A stretch of 63,547 nt of DNA, filler included, from Olpidium bornovanus S191 (Eukaryota; Fungi; Olpidiomycota): assembly GCA_017911155.1 (NCBI GenBank). It is 28 parts of 28 records of this genome, joined end to end, with 100 filler letters (N's around TTAATTAATTAA, not from the genome) between each part and the next. Parts side by side here need not be neighbours in the genome. Positions count along the whole stretch, not along the records: positions 23,975 to 25,330 come from JAEFCI010005515.1; positions 25,431 to 27,518 come from JAEFCI010003069.1; positions 27,619 to 30,839 come from JAEFCI010001174.1; positions 30,940 to 32,016 come from JAEFCI010007013.1; positions 32,117 to 34,093 come from JAEFCI010011086.1; positions 34,194 to 36,598 come from JAEFCI010001563.1; 22 more parts are not named here. One strand, written 5' to 3'. Below, piece by piece: positions 23,975 to 35,907 of this stretch. The notes below the pieces were generated by a model that was not told where the DNA came from, did not search any database, and worked only from the letters and a program-made list of their open reading frames with translations. A program made the position numbers and the translations under genes. Positions within the stretch are counted from its first letter, which is position 1, and the number at the start of each line of letters is the position of its first letter.

Positions 23975-25107
23975 CATGCAATAACACGGAATTCCCGCGG
24001 AATATTAGGCAACAGTGCGCTGGAGAGAAAAAGGAAATGACCGTACCAGCCCCGGGTTCAGATCCTCTTGCGTTAGCAAAGAGTTTACGAGTTCCGGGTC
24101 GACGGAAACCTCCACCCTCCGTTTGACGGATACGCCTTTGACCTCGCTGGAGGTAGTCAGGGAGGTGACCACGCACCGCACCCACTGGCCGACTCTAAAG
24201 AGTTTAGCAAGGTCCGGAAGGTTATCCGGCGTTCCTTTTCCTGCTTCCTGTTCTTCCTGCAGCGACCGTTCGACCGCCGTCGTAACAGCCGCGCTCACGG
24301 CGGTGATAGGACAGAACGCCGTCAGATGGTTGGGAAGTGATACGGTCAACTCCACAGCAGTTATGGCGGCCACGCGGCCGAGAAGGCGGGAGCCGATAGC
24401 AAGAGTCTGTTTGTTGCGGAGAGCAAGTCAGCCGGGGGGCGCGGGAAGGAACGCAGGGCTCGAAGCGAAAACGGCACGGTTTAGCAGTTCTCGTACGCTG
24501 TAGGTCACAATGTCGACAGTCTTGGAGTTAGAGAACTCTTCACCCGCAATTTTCTTTTTCTTCTTCGCCTTATCGTTCTTGCCCACGTTCCCCGCGTCGT
24601 GAGCAGGCTTCCTCTTTCTGCCCTCCGGTTTCGACTCCGGCTCCTGGAAGACAGGAAGCACAACGGGAAACGCGCGCTGGGGTCGGAACGCTGCGGAACC
24701 AAATCTTCGACGTGCCGTTCGCCGGTCGAGCACTTCTCTCTGCCACGCACCACGAAGAGATCCAGTTCCCTTTCCGCGCTCTTCACTGCGTCCCTGTATT
24801 CCAGCGGCGTAAGCGCGGACCCTCCGCCTCTGGGAAAATCCCGCACCGCCGGGCGCTTGGCCTCCGTCGCCGTCACCTTGGCGCTTCCGCCGGTCGCCGG
24901 ACTTCTTCCTTCGCGAACCGCAGCGCTCCGGTCGTCTTGAGACTTCGCGCGTTTCGTGTCGGCCCTGGTCTCGTCCGCCGCCTTCCCGCTGGTGCCTTTC
25001 GGTGCTCGGCCGCGGGCGTTCGTACTGGGGGTCTCCGGCGCCGGCCTCGCTGCCTCCGTGGCGGCGACACCGACTGCCGCCGCCTGCTCCTTCTTCCTCG
25101 CGGGCAT
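23975..25107 (-). CDS. RRP5: rRNA biogenesis protein Rrp5, N-terminal part
   Basis: Hallmark DFPRGGGSALTPLEYR, then the first S1 domain (LTVSLPNHLTAFCPITAVS...LPDLAKLFRVGQWVRCVV...RRVEVSVDPELVN). Confidence 0.93.
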
Positions 25108-25285
25108 CCTGCGCTTGCCCCGTGCAAGCCCCGTGGTCTGCTTCCCCGGCGGCTTGGCAAACTTCTCCTCGTTGGCAGCCTTCGGCAAGCAGGTGGGGAG
25201 GGAGGAAAAGGGTTGGGCCGACCGTCGTTCGCTGCGGCGGCCGACGAAGAGCAACGAGGGGGAGGCCGGCAAAGGAGGAAAAAAG

Positions 25286-25330
<45 letters not shown>

Positions 25331-25450
25331 NNNNNNNNNNNNNNNNNNNNNNNNNNNNNNNNNNNNNNNNNNNNTTAATTAATTAANNNNNNNNNNNNNN
25401 NNNNNNNNNNNNNNNNNNNNNNNNNNNNNNGGGGGGGGGGGGGGGGGTGT

Positions 25451-25493
<43 letters not shown>

Positions 25494-25670
25494 CGGGGGA
25501 AGGAAAAGGGCGGGAAAAATGCGCCTTAGGCGGGCAGGAGAGCTGGGGGGGGGGAAGTGGTGGTGGTGAGTGGTGGTGGTGAGTGGCGGTGGTGAGCGGC
25601 GGTGGGTAATGGGGGGGGGGGGGGGGGGGGGGGGTGGTTGGGGGGGGGGGTGGTGGTGTTGTTGAATACG

Positions 25671-26738
25671 TCACGGGATCACGGGACGGAAGAGCCCAGA
25701 CAAAAAGCCGAGCGGCGCGTTACCGCTGTCCGCAAAATATCGCACGCAGCGGGCACCAACCTCCATGAGAGTCTCCGGCTCGGACAAGAACGAGACGTAA
25801 TTGATCCTCGGGAGGTGGTAGTCCATTGACGAAGTGGGCGGTTCCGCGCGTGGCGGCGTGAGTGGGGGGACTCCGGCCGGCACGTGCCGCGAGTCGGCCG
25901 AGGTAATACGCGACGCGGCCGGCGGCGAACGGCCGCGTTGGCGCGACGCGAAATCGGCCGCCGCCGCCTCCAAGACCGGCGGCGACGCCGCTCTCGGCCG
26001 TCGGGCTCCCGCCGGGCGCGACCAGCAAGCGTCGTCGTCCGTCTCCCGGCCGAGGGCGCCGGGCCCGGGGTCCGGGTCCTCGCCGTGGCGAGACGACCTC
26101 AGGACCTCGTCGACTTTCCGCAAGAGCCGCAGCTCGTGCGCCGCCGCCGCCGCCGCGCCGTCGTCCACGACGACGTCCGGCCGGCGGTGCTCGTCCCCGG
26201 CGTCGCCGAGCGCCTCATTTATTTTCGCAAGCAGGCTCGCGAAGCTTTCCCCGTGCTCCCCGCCTCCGGCGGACTCCTCGAGAGCTGAGCAGAGGTCGCC
26301 CGTTCGGCCGCCAGCGGGCGGCGACGGAGGCCAGGCCGGGTCGGGCCGTCTTCCACCAGAGGCGGACGGCAACGCGGAGATCCGGCTCGGCGCCGGCGCC
26401 GAGGTGACTTCCAGTCTCAGCAAGGGGTGCGTAACGTCCCTGGGCGGAGCACCTTCCGCGGATTCACCGCGACAACTTTCTTCCGGCCCTCGGCGCGTTG
26501 CAGGGTCGAACGCCAGCGTCCGAACCGGCGGAAGCATCTCGCGAAGCGTCCGCTGAATTTCCGCGCGACGGCGTTCGTCAGGCTGGTTGTGGGGTTGGGG
26601 GGGGGGCAGGGGGAGGACGGAGTCCCAACCACAACCATGGGCGTCAGCGGAACTGCCGCGGCACACCGAGTCCGCAGGAGCCGCACCCGCGCGTGGGGTG
26701 GTCCGACGAAACGACGACGAAACCGTGCGGGACTTCAC
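25671..26738 (-). CDS. Hypothetical protein (P/A/R-rich open frame)
   Basis: 355-aa open frame in very GC-rich DNA. No recognised family; it may be partly spurious. Confidence 0.3.
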   Translation of the reverse strand: MKSRTVSSSFRRTTPRAGAAPADSVCRGSSADAHGCGWDSVLPLPPPQPHNQPDERRRAEIQRTLREMLPPVRTLAFDPATRRGPEESCRGESAEGAPPRDVTHPLLRLEVTSAPAPSRISALPSASGGRRPDPAWPPSPPAGGRTGDLCSALEESAGGGEHGESFASLLAKINEALGDAGDEHRRPDVVVDDGAAAAAAHELRLLRKVDEVLRSSRHGEDPDPGPGALGRETDDDACWSRPAGARRPRAASPPVLEAAAADFASRQRGRSPPAASRITSADSRHVPAGVPPLTPPRAEPPTSSMDYHLPRINYVSFLSEPETLMEVGARCVRYFADSGNAPLGFLSGLFRPVIP

Positions 26739-27460
26739 TCACGTACATCCTCCTCCGGTGGACAGGGCCGCCGACTCGGCCTCGACGGCGGGACGGCGTT
26801 AGTCGGAGGAGACGGACCCGGCGAAGGCGGCGGGGACGGCGCCGCGGACAGGGAAAATGACGAGAGCGACAGCGACAGCGCCTCCTCAGGCGCCTGCCCG
26901 CCGCCGTGGCGGGGCCGGTGGTGGTTTTCGCGCGGATGGTGCTGGCGGCCGGTCGACCACGCAGCGGGATGCGCGGGCGGCAGCGGCGCGGTTCGCAGCC
27001 AGTCGTCCCGGGCGGCGGTCTCGGGGCCGCAGGCGCGCGGCCGGTCGCCGTCGCCGCGGCGCCGCCCGGCGAAAGACATGCACTGATCGGCGACCGCAAG
27101 GGCGAGGGCGGCCGCGATCGGGGCGGGCGCCGGCTGCCGGGTTTTGCTGTCGCGGGGGCGGGCTGCGTTGGGCGCGGGCGGTTTCCCCGCCGCAAGAACC
27201 AAAATAAAACGGAGCGCGAAACCCAGAAGAAAGCCGGAGAGCCGCCGCCGCGGTCCCCGCCCACCCCCCGACGCGGAGAGGAGGAAGACGAAAGAGGAGG
27301 AGGACGACGAGGAGGAGGAGCACCTGGTCCCCAAGCGGAGAGGAGGAGGAGGAGGAGGAGGAGGAGCGGAAGCCTGCGCCTTCCCCGCCTTTCCCCTCGC
27401 CCAGGAGCGACGCCCCCCCCCACACACGCGCGCCCACTGCGCACCCGCGGGGGAGGCGCC

Positions 27461-27512
<52 letters not shown>

Positions 27513-28097
27513 AAAAAANNNNNNNNNNNNNNNNNNNNNNNNNNNNNNNNNNNNNNNNNNNNTTAATTAATTAANNNNNNNNNNNNNNNNNNNNNNNNNN
27601 NNNNNNNNNNNNNNNNNNCATGCAGTGTTATCGCTCGCTTTCCCCTCCTCGTGGATGCCGTCCGTTTTACCATATTGCAATTCGGGGTGTTTTTTTCGGG
27701 TGTATCTCACGTATTAAGTCTCAGATTCCGTTAGCGTCACCGTCGTGCACGGCGAGCCTTCGGTGACTTCGTTTTCAGCGCTTGCGTGCCCTGGCTCTAC
27801 CTCTCACTGTCTTTTTTTAAAGAAAAAAAAACCCGGCTTCGCCCTACGGACGACGGCACAATTGCAATCTTGGTTGTTGTTACCTTAAGGCCCTGTTGGC
27901 GCGAAGCGTGCTTTGCGCACAACCCGCAGAACCGCGCGGCCGCGCAACAGGCGCAGGAGTTTTGCGTGTTTCAAATCCAAACAGAATAGTTATGCGAAAA
28001 GTGTCGTCCGGCGGAACGCTGGGGGCGAGGCCAAACAAAAAGAAAAAAGAACAAAAAAAGGGTGGGGGGGATATGCAAAAACGAAGAACGGGGGCAT

Positions 28098-29090
28098 CTA
28101 CTTCGCGACAGTGACTGCGTGAGGCGGCCGGGCGAGAACGACTCTTGTCCGCCCTTGCGGCCTCTTCGCCTCCGCGGCGGCGGCGCGCGGCGAGCCCGCG
28201 GGGTCGAGCCGCGCGCGGATCGCCGGCGGATACAGCCTGGCGAGGGGCCTTGCCGAATCCCTGGCCCACGGCTCCGACAGCAGCGACCGGGCGTAGTCGT
28301 CCAGCTCTTGGTCCTCCTCGGTAAACCGCGTGCGCCAGTCGTCGCTGAACCGCGCGGCGCGCTCCGCGTTGCGGTTCTTCCGGGCCTGCTCCTGGGTCGT
28401 GCAGGAAAGTAAAAAAAAAAAAAAAAAAAAGTAATAGTGGGAAGGGCGCGAGGGTGTGCGCCGAGGTGGGTATTTTCGGGTCGGCAAAATGCCGGGCGCG
28501 TGCGGGAACGAGTTAGGGGGGAAGGGGAGGCGAGTTTTTTGTGAGTTTACCGTCGCGACGCGCCCGCACAGAGGATTTTTTTGTTTTTGTTTTTGTTTTG
28601 CCCGGCGCGCGCCCCGCTTCCGTACCATCTGCCGCAGGAGAAACTCCTGCACCTTTTTGTTGTTTATCGCCGCCGCTTTCCGCTTCTCCTCCTCCTGGCG
28701 ATGGTTGTCCTCCGCCTCCGTCAGGTAGTGCTCCTTCCACTGCTGCGCCTCGTCACGCTCGGCTTTCTCTGCGAGCTCGCTTTTGATGCGCTGGGTTTCG
28801 CGTGCGGGGTGGGGGGGAGGAGGGGGCGCGCGTCAGTGTGCGGTTGCCGCGAGCAGACGAGCGGCAAAGCTTTTTTTTTTTTTTCAGAAGGACCCACCGC
28901 GACCTCGTAGCTCTTCTTGATGCCTTCGATGCGTTTCTCCCTCTCCGCCGTCTCGCGCTCCGCGCGCTCCTGCGCCCGCTTGTCCACGTCTTTCGCTCGG
29001 CGCTCGACCGCCTCCTCTTCGGCCTTTCGGGTCTCCCTGATCAGCAACGCCTGATGTTCGCCAAGGCGCTCCGTGGTCTGCTGGGCTTCG

Positions 29091-29125
<35 letters not shown>

Positions 29126-29241
29126 TTTTTCCCCCAAAAGAAACCCCGAAAACCCTTCGGCCTTTTCCCGCGCGGAGGGGCCTTTGGGGTCCCCCTGATC
29201 ACCAACGCCGGTGTTTCGCCAGGGCCCCCCGTGGTCTGTGG

Positions 29242-29274
<33 letters not shown>

Positions 29275-30577
29275 TTGTACATATTTTTCCCACGAAAGTA
29301 AGCTCGAAAACGCTTCGGCCTTTGCCGCGTCGGAAGGGACTTCGCGAGCGGCAAATTGGACCAGACCCCCCACGCCCCGATCACCTGAACCACTGGTTTT
29401 GGAGCAGCTGCTTCGTCCTCGCCTGCTTTTCTTTTCGTTTGACCCAAGCGGACAGTCTCTCGTCTTCCTGTTCCTCCACTTTCCTTTGGGCGTCCTTCTC
29501 CGCCTTCGACTTCTTGGCCATTTCCAGGAGCTCCAACTGCAGCGCCGCTTTGCTCTGCCGCCGATTCGCGGCAACTTCCTGCTGTTTCTTGGCGTACTCT
29601 CCGTCGAGCGCGCGGACGACCTTCCCGTTCTCCAGCTCCCGCTGGACACCGCGACGCACCCGATATCAGCGTCGCCCGGCCTCATCACGGGCGGCGGGGG
29701 GGGGAGGGGGAAGGTCCGAGCGGGCGCCAAGGCTCGTCACACCACTCGCCTGCAACTGCTTGATCTCCTCCTCCCTCTTCTCCAGCATCTGAAGCATCTG
29801 CTCGCGGGCGATCTCGGCCCTCTTCGCTTTCTCCGCCTCCTTCTCCGCCTCTTCCGCCTGGGCCTCCTTGCGCAGGCCCTCGTCGCGGGCCTTGAGGAAG
29901 ACCTCGTCGCTCTCTCGCTCGGCCTTTCTGACATCGGCCTTGTACGCCAGCTGGCGGTCCTGCTCGCGGAGGACCTGGTTGAGAAGGACGCGGGAGTGGA
30001 ACTCGCGGACCGAGTCCCGCTCGAAGAACTGCAGCTGCCGCGCCCGCGCGACCGCCTCCCGGCGGCGCTCCGCCTCCTCGACGGCCCACTCCAAGTCCTG
30101 CCGCGCCCGCTCGGCCTCCTCTGCCTCCAGCCGCCGCTGCCGAGCTTGCAGCTTCATCCGCCGCTGCCCCGCGATGGTGTTCTCCCAGTTCTTGACCATC
30201 GCCACCGACTTGCGGTGGCGCTCCTCACGCTGGGGAAAGGAACAAACAGAGAAACAAAAAACGTTTCGCGGGCCGGGAGGGCCGGAATGCGGAGAAGATC
30301 TCAGACGTCGATCAGACGGGGTCCCCGGCCGGCACTGCCAGAGAATTCGCCGGCGAAACTTCGCCGCGGTTGCACTCGGGGTGAAAGAACATCCCCGGCA
30401 CAGCGGGACGATCGGGGAAAAGCAAAATGAATAAAAGTACACCCGGCTCACGTCTTCTCGCATCTCCTTCATCGTTTGTTCTTCGGCCGACGTGCCCGTG
30501 ATCAAGCGGGATATTTCCCGGAGGTGTGATGCGCCGACGAACGCCGCTCGCGGCCTAACGGTGCCCCGGATTGACAT
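28098..30577 (-). CDS. CFAP210: Cilia/flagella-associated coiled-coil protein, CFAP210/CCDC173-like (TPH family), multi-exon
   Basis: KSVAMVKNWENTIAGQRRMKLQAR...RREAVARARQLQFFERDSVREFHSRVLLNQVLREQDRQL matches my recollection of CFAP210 (KNWxNT...F(H)S.LLL..V(L/M).ERD.Q), followed by long E/K/R coiled-coil exons. Confidence 0.72.
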
Positions 30578-31097
30578 GGCAGGCGGAACAGGGGGAGTGA
30601 GCCGGCGAAGCGTGCCAACGCAAACCTGGGAGGGCCGGGGAGGAGTCAACTGACGGCAGTCGGGGTGCCGTCCGGGCCGAGGCTCAGCCGTCCCATTCCC
30701 ACCTCCTTCGCCCCGGCGCATGAGGGTCGATTGCTTCCGGGCAATCCCCGGCTGCAGGGCGGTGGCGGACCGGAGAGCCCCGGCGAGAGATGCCGAGAAA
30801 ACACTGCGGTCAGCCGAGGGCGGGGATTCGTCGCCGGCGNNNNNNNNNNNNNNNNNNNNNNNNNNNNNNNNNNNNNNNNNNNNTTAATTAATTAANNNNN
30901 NNNNNNNNNNNNNNNNNNNNNNNNNNNNNNNNNNNNNNNATATTCCGTCTTCATTATTCGGCGCGTTCGAAAATGGTGGTTACCAACGGCCATTGCCTTC
31001 CGATTTCATTTTTTTGGTAGAAAACGCCGAATTATCGATGTTGTGCTCGGCCGTTGCATGGAGGAAAACCGATTTACAGCTGCTGTAAGCACATCCA

Positions 31098-31862
31098 TTG
31101 TTTCTACCGGCCGGTTCACCTTCCCGCTCAGTACGCCCGCGACAGGGCCGGGTACATTACCATATTTCACACAGGGACAATACCGCCGACTCGAGACTCC
31201 GCTGTTTTCTGGAGTTGGATCTCAAAGCTCTGGAGATTCAGTTGGAAATCAACAGGAAGCAGTTTCGCAGGCCTCAAGCTTTACGGTCGTCAAGTGCAAG
31301 GGCATCCGGACAGCATCTCACGCCCGCGGTGTCCGGCAGCGGTCCTGCCAACGGGGAAGTGACCGGCAGCGGTCCTGCCAACGGGGAAGTGACCGGCAGC
31401 GGCCCTGCCAACGGGGAAGTGACCGGCAGCGGTTCTGCCAACGGGGAAGTACCCGGCAGCGGTCCTGCCAACAGGGAAGTGACCGGCCGCGCGGGCACGG
31501 CGGCAGAAGCGGCCTCGTTGCCGCCGCTTTCGTATTCGGCGACGTCCGGCACTCAGGAAGACGGGGAGCTCCTGACGAAGGCCGGGTCAAAGTTGAAGGA
31601 CCTCGAAGAGCAGCTCGGACTTGCCGTCGCCAACGGCGGCCCAGAGGAAGTTGGTGAGAAATTCTTTCCAACGGACCGTGCCTGCTTACGTTTCGCACGA
31701 TCGCGTCGACGACGCTGCCGGTGATCTGACAAGCGCGACTTACGCGCTCGGACGCATTCTGCGGGAAAAATGATCTCGGAACGGGCAGCGAGGATCGAGG
31801 AAAGCATCAAAAGATGGCAGGCCGTCCTAAAAAACTGGGAGACGGAGCGGTCGGAGACTTGA
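31098..31862 (+). CDS. Hypothetical protein, 3' part, containing a (TGSGPANGEV)5 repeat
   Basis: Open frame through the repeat, coiled-coil-like flanks (FLELDLKALEIQLEINRK; SKLKDLEEQLG), and a probable last exon ending WETERSET*. Confidence 0.45.
31333..31487 (+). repeat. 30-bp minisatellite x5 (CCGGCAGCGGTCCTGCCAACGGGGAAGTGA)
   Basis: Five near-identical units read directly. Confidence 0.97.
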
Positions 31863-31960
31863 AGAAACAGCCGTATCCTCGTTTAGAAACGTGGGCCGGT
31901 GCAGCTCCCCGCCAAAATGGTCTTCATAGCGCCGCTGTACAGGACTCGTGTAATCCTTAA

Positions 31961-32009
<49 letters not shown>

Positions 32010-32116
32010 GACGACANNNNNNNNNNNNNNNNNNNNNNNNNNNNNNNNNNNNNNNNNNNNTTAATTAATTAANNNNNNNNNNNNNNNNNNNNNNNNNNNN
32101 NNNNNNNNNNNNNNNN

Positions 32117-33838
32117 CGTCGGTGATCCTCAACGCTGTCGTCGCGTTGGCCCGCGCAGGTCGAAATCGAGGTTGAAGCTGTGGACAAAACCGGGGCGTTC
32201 ATCGGCACCGTGTGGCTCTCCCGGAACGAGAACATGGCAGGTGTGTTTGTCGGAGGGGGCCCGATCAGGGAGTGATCGAGGCCTTTTTGCTCATGCGATG
32301 CCCGTCAGTCAAGCTTCTGGAGGAAGGCCTCGCCACAATACACGAGTACAGCGCGTCCTGCAGCGTCTACGGAAACCAGCTTTTCGCAGCCGAGCAAAAG
32401 GCCAAAACCGCCAGGAAGAACGTGCGACCCGTTGGTTCTTCGCAATTGCTAACGGGCTGCAAAGAGTATTGCGAAGGCCGACCGGATCGGGCGTCTTCTG
32501 CAGATCTGGGTCAACTACGACGAAGAGGCCGAGCAAGCACAGCTCGACGAGGCCGAAAAAGCGCAAGCCCCGACCGGCCGCAACAAGGAGTACATCGACT
32601 GTGTAGTTTCCGAGATCGGGGACAAGGGGCAGTTCTTCGTTCAGATCGTGAACGAAGGTACATTACGGTCGCCCTGCTCGCTTCGTTCTCGGGAAATTCG
32701 GGGCGCTACCGAAGCCCCCGTCCGGCCAGAAAACTGATTCTCGCACCCCCGGGTCAACAGATATCCACGCTCTGGAACGCCTGATGAAGGAGTTCAGCGT
32801 GTACCATTCGTCGGAGAAGTCCGATCCCTCCTGGAAGCCGAAGAAGGGCGAACTGGTTTCCGCGAAATACACCAGCGACGACTCGTGGTACCGCGCCACG
32901 ATTCGGCGCCTCATTCCCGCCTCGAACGAAGCCGAAATCCTCTACGTGGACTACGGCAACGTGAGGCGGAGGCCTTGCCTTAGCTTTTTTTTCGATGTTT
33001 TCTTTTTTTTTTGGAAAAACGCGCGGGGCGGGGGGAAAGGGTGGGGGGGGGGGGAGGCGACGGCGGTAGAAAATTAAAAATCTTCTTCCTTACCCCGTTG
33101 CCGGCGGCGCAGTCAGAGGTGGTTTCGCTCTCCCGGATCCGACCGATGCCGGCAGAGTTCGGCTCCCTCCCTCCGCAGTCACGCGCGGCGTCTCTCGCGT
33201 TCGTTAAAATCCCTGGAGAAGAGGTACGCGAGGGGACCACGTGCGAACCAATCACACAGGTTTCTTCTCCGTTTACGGTCGACGCGCTCCCTGAATGCCG
33301 CGCGCCCTTTTTTTTTCTTTTCTTTTTTTTTTCTTGTTTTACACCGCCAGACAGGTTATGGGAACGAGGCCTGCAGGCGTTTCCACGAACTCGTCCGGGA
33401 CAAGCAGCTGGTCGCCAACGTGGAGGCCCGGATCGCAGGGGGAATGCACCTCTCCCTGTTCGACCCCGCGACCTCGACCGACCGGACCGCGACGCTGAAC
33501 GGCGAGCTCGTCGCGAGCGGCTTGGCCACTGTGGACACGGCGACCGGGCACGCGAAGGCGAACCCGGACGTTATCGAAACGCTCGCGGCTCTGCAGGAGA
33601 AGGCGAAGAAATCAAGGGTAAAAGTCGTTTTTTTTTTCTTGGGGTTTTTTGGCAGCCGTTCGAAGCATGCAGGGGGGGGGGGGTTCTTTTTTTCTCATTC
33701 TGGCCCGTTCGCCACGCGTTTTTTCGAAAACATCGCGTCTGTCGGCCGCAGCTGGGGATGTGGGAGTACGGCGACATCACGGCCGACGAGGAGGACCAGC
33801 AGCAGCAGCCGCGCAATGCGTGGGGCCGCAGATCTTGA
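32117..33838 (+). CDS. SND1: Tudor staphylococcal nuclease (Tudor-SN/SND1), C-terminal part
   Basis: VEIEVEAVDKTGAFIGTVWL; LLEEGLATIHEYSA; Tudor (PKKGELVSAKYTSDDSWYRATI...ILYVDYGN); terminal GMWEYGDITADEED...*. Confidence 0.95.
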
Positions 33839-34193
33839 GACGGGCACCGCGGTCGCCGCTTTTCGCGTTCGGCGAATTCTCCCGCGAGCTTCCCACCCCG
33901 CCAGGTGGAAACACGGCAGATCTCAGGAGAAGAAGGGCGCGCGATCCTTTCCCCTCACACACACACACGCGCGCATTTCACACTCACACACACACACACA
34001 CAACAAAAGAAGGGGAGAAGGAGGGAAAAAAAAACAAAAAGATTTAATGTTACTGGCGGTTTTGTTGCCTGCTTGGAAAACTAATAACAGAAANNNNNNN
34101 NNNNNNNNNNNNNNNNNNNNNNNNNNNNNNNNNNNNNTTAATTAATTAANNNNNNNNNNNNNNNNNNNNNNNNNNNNNNNNNNNNNNNNNNNN

Positions 34194-35907
34194 GAGCTCG
34201 CGGTCGGCGATGTACTCGTTCACAAGGACTTGGCCCTTGGCGACATACGCCTGCATCGGCTCTTGCGGTCCCTGCGTGGGAGCTTTGACTCGGGCGCGCA
34301 GGAGTTGACGTGGGTCGAGGGCGTGAGTGCGTCCATACAAATGCTGCAGCGACGAGAGCGCTTCGCGCAGCGAACGGACGGGGCGCGCCTTACGGTTAGT
34401 CCATCGAGCCTCAGGCTCGACGTGCGGAGCGACGTTCCCAAGCAGCTCGGCGAGCCGTTGGTGCTCGGTCTGGGCGCCAGAGAGCGCAAGCTCCGACAGG
34501 AACTTGGCATTCCAGCTCAGCCAGCCTCTGCCGCAATCGAGGGCGTTATTCCATTGCAGCACCCTGACACGACGCCCGTGCGGTATTGCGTCAGTCGGGG
34601 TGGCGGAGCGGCGGCGAGAAGCACGTCCCCGTCGACGTTTAGGGTGTCGACGGCGGTCAGGGGACGGTGACGCGGTGGGCGATCGAGTCGACGTCGATCG
34701 GGCGGGCGACGAAGACGACGCCGAGGAGGAGCGTCCTCCTGACCTCGACGAACGCCTCGACGAACCGGACGACGACGTTGTCGACGGAGAGCGGGCACGA
34801 CGATGGCGTGCGGTCACAGACGGGGCGGGGACGCTGGCCTCCAGGCCCTGGGCGGGACGGTCGATGGCGGCGGCCGGAGCGGTCGGCTCGACGCAAACGC
34901 GGTGTGTGGCCGACGTGAGCGTTTGTCGGAGACACGCGAGGGTGCCGTGGTTGCGGCGGTAGACCGTTGCAGCCATCATGACGGCGGGCTCGAGTTCCCT
35001 CAAGGCGGTGGTGAGGTCGGCCAGCGAAACGGAGTGGTCAGCAACGACAGCGTCGATCGCGGGAGCGAAGTCGCGAAAGAAGACGGTGGCGCATTCGACG
35101 CCAAGAGTTGTCGTCGCGCTCTCATGCCACGTAGAGGCATGTTGGCGTTTGAGCGTCGACAAAGCGGTCAGGTCAACGTCGGCGCTGGAAAAGATGGTGG
35201 GGGCGAGCGGGACCTCAACCGACCCAAAGACAGGCACGGTGCGCGGTGGGAGGTCGAGCATCGGCTCGTCTGCGGGAAGCGGTATCGCAGCGGCGGCCCC
35301 AAGCGCGTCTACCTCACCGGAGGAGACGGCCGGGGCGGGAGCGGTCGTGGCAGCAGCGGTCGACGGCATTGCCTTCGACGGCGCGGTCGAAAGGGCCGCC
35401 AAGGGGAGGGCGGTCCGCGGCGGTTCGGCGGCGGACGTACTGGGGTCCGGCGCGGGTGTCCCAGAGCCGCCGCGGCGGCCGCGGCGAGGCGAGGGCATGC
35501 GCAAGTCGAAGGCCAAGGAGGGAGGCCGGTCGACGGGGGGTAAGTGATGAAGCGGAGAATGGGATGATGTTGAGGAAGCGACGTGAGAGCTTAAAACGAC
35601 GCGGAGAGGAGAGGGGGAGAGCTTGTCCTCGGATTTCCCACTTTGTTGTGGGTGGTGGTGTGTTCGGCGAAGGTTTCCCGTCTTTATTAGAAAAGGGGGG
35701 ACACCAGGGGTCTACGTACTTGGGCCCCCCTCAATTGGGGGCCCGAACAATAAGGAGAAGTGGGCGGTACATCCAGCTCGAGCGGTGGGTATCGAAGTCG
35801 GGCTAAGAGCATCGGGATCGAGCGAAGGGCTTCGAGGTTGAACGGTACATCGATGGAAAGCGGTGCGTTGGGCGGAGGAATGAGGGAATAATAGAGTGTC
35901 CACTACA
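34194..35907 (-). mobile_element. LTR retrotransposon 5' end: LTR (35907-35644), PBS (35640-35626), gag-like ORF (ATG 35498, truncated by contig end)
   Basis: Minus strand starts TGTAGTGG and ends ...ACAACA, with AATAAA ~40 nt before the end, then AAG + TGG-GAAATCCGAGGA. The ORF has a gag CA-like segment (LRARVKAPTQGPQEPMQAYVAK). GC drops abruptly outside the element at 35908. Confidence 0.7.

Noticed and set aside
29121-29250. Apparent diverged duplication of CFAP210 sequence between two poly-T tracts
   Set aside because: It is a blurred mosaic of 29281-29345 and 29030-29090 with homopolymer-biased changes, typical of dephased reads after a long homopolymer.
31961-32008. Poly-A tract as a retrocopy or LINE tail
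   Set aside because: Similar poly-A/T runs occur throughout introns and contig ends, there is no TSD, and the upstream gene seems to retain an intron.
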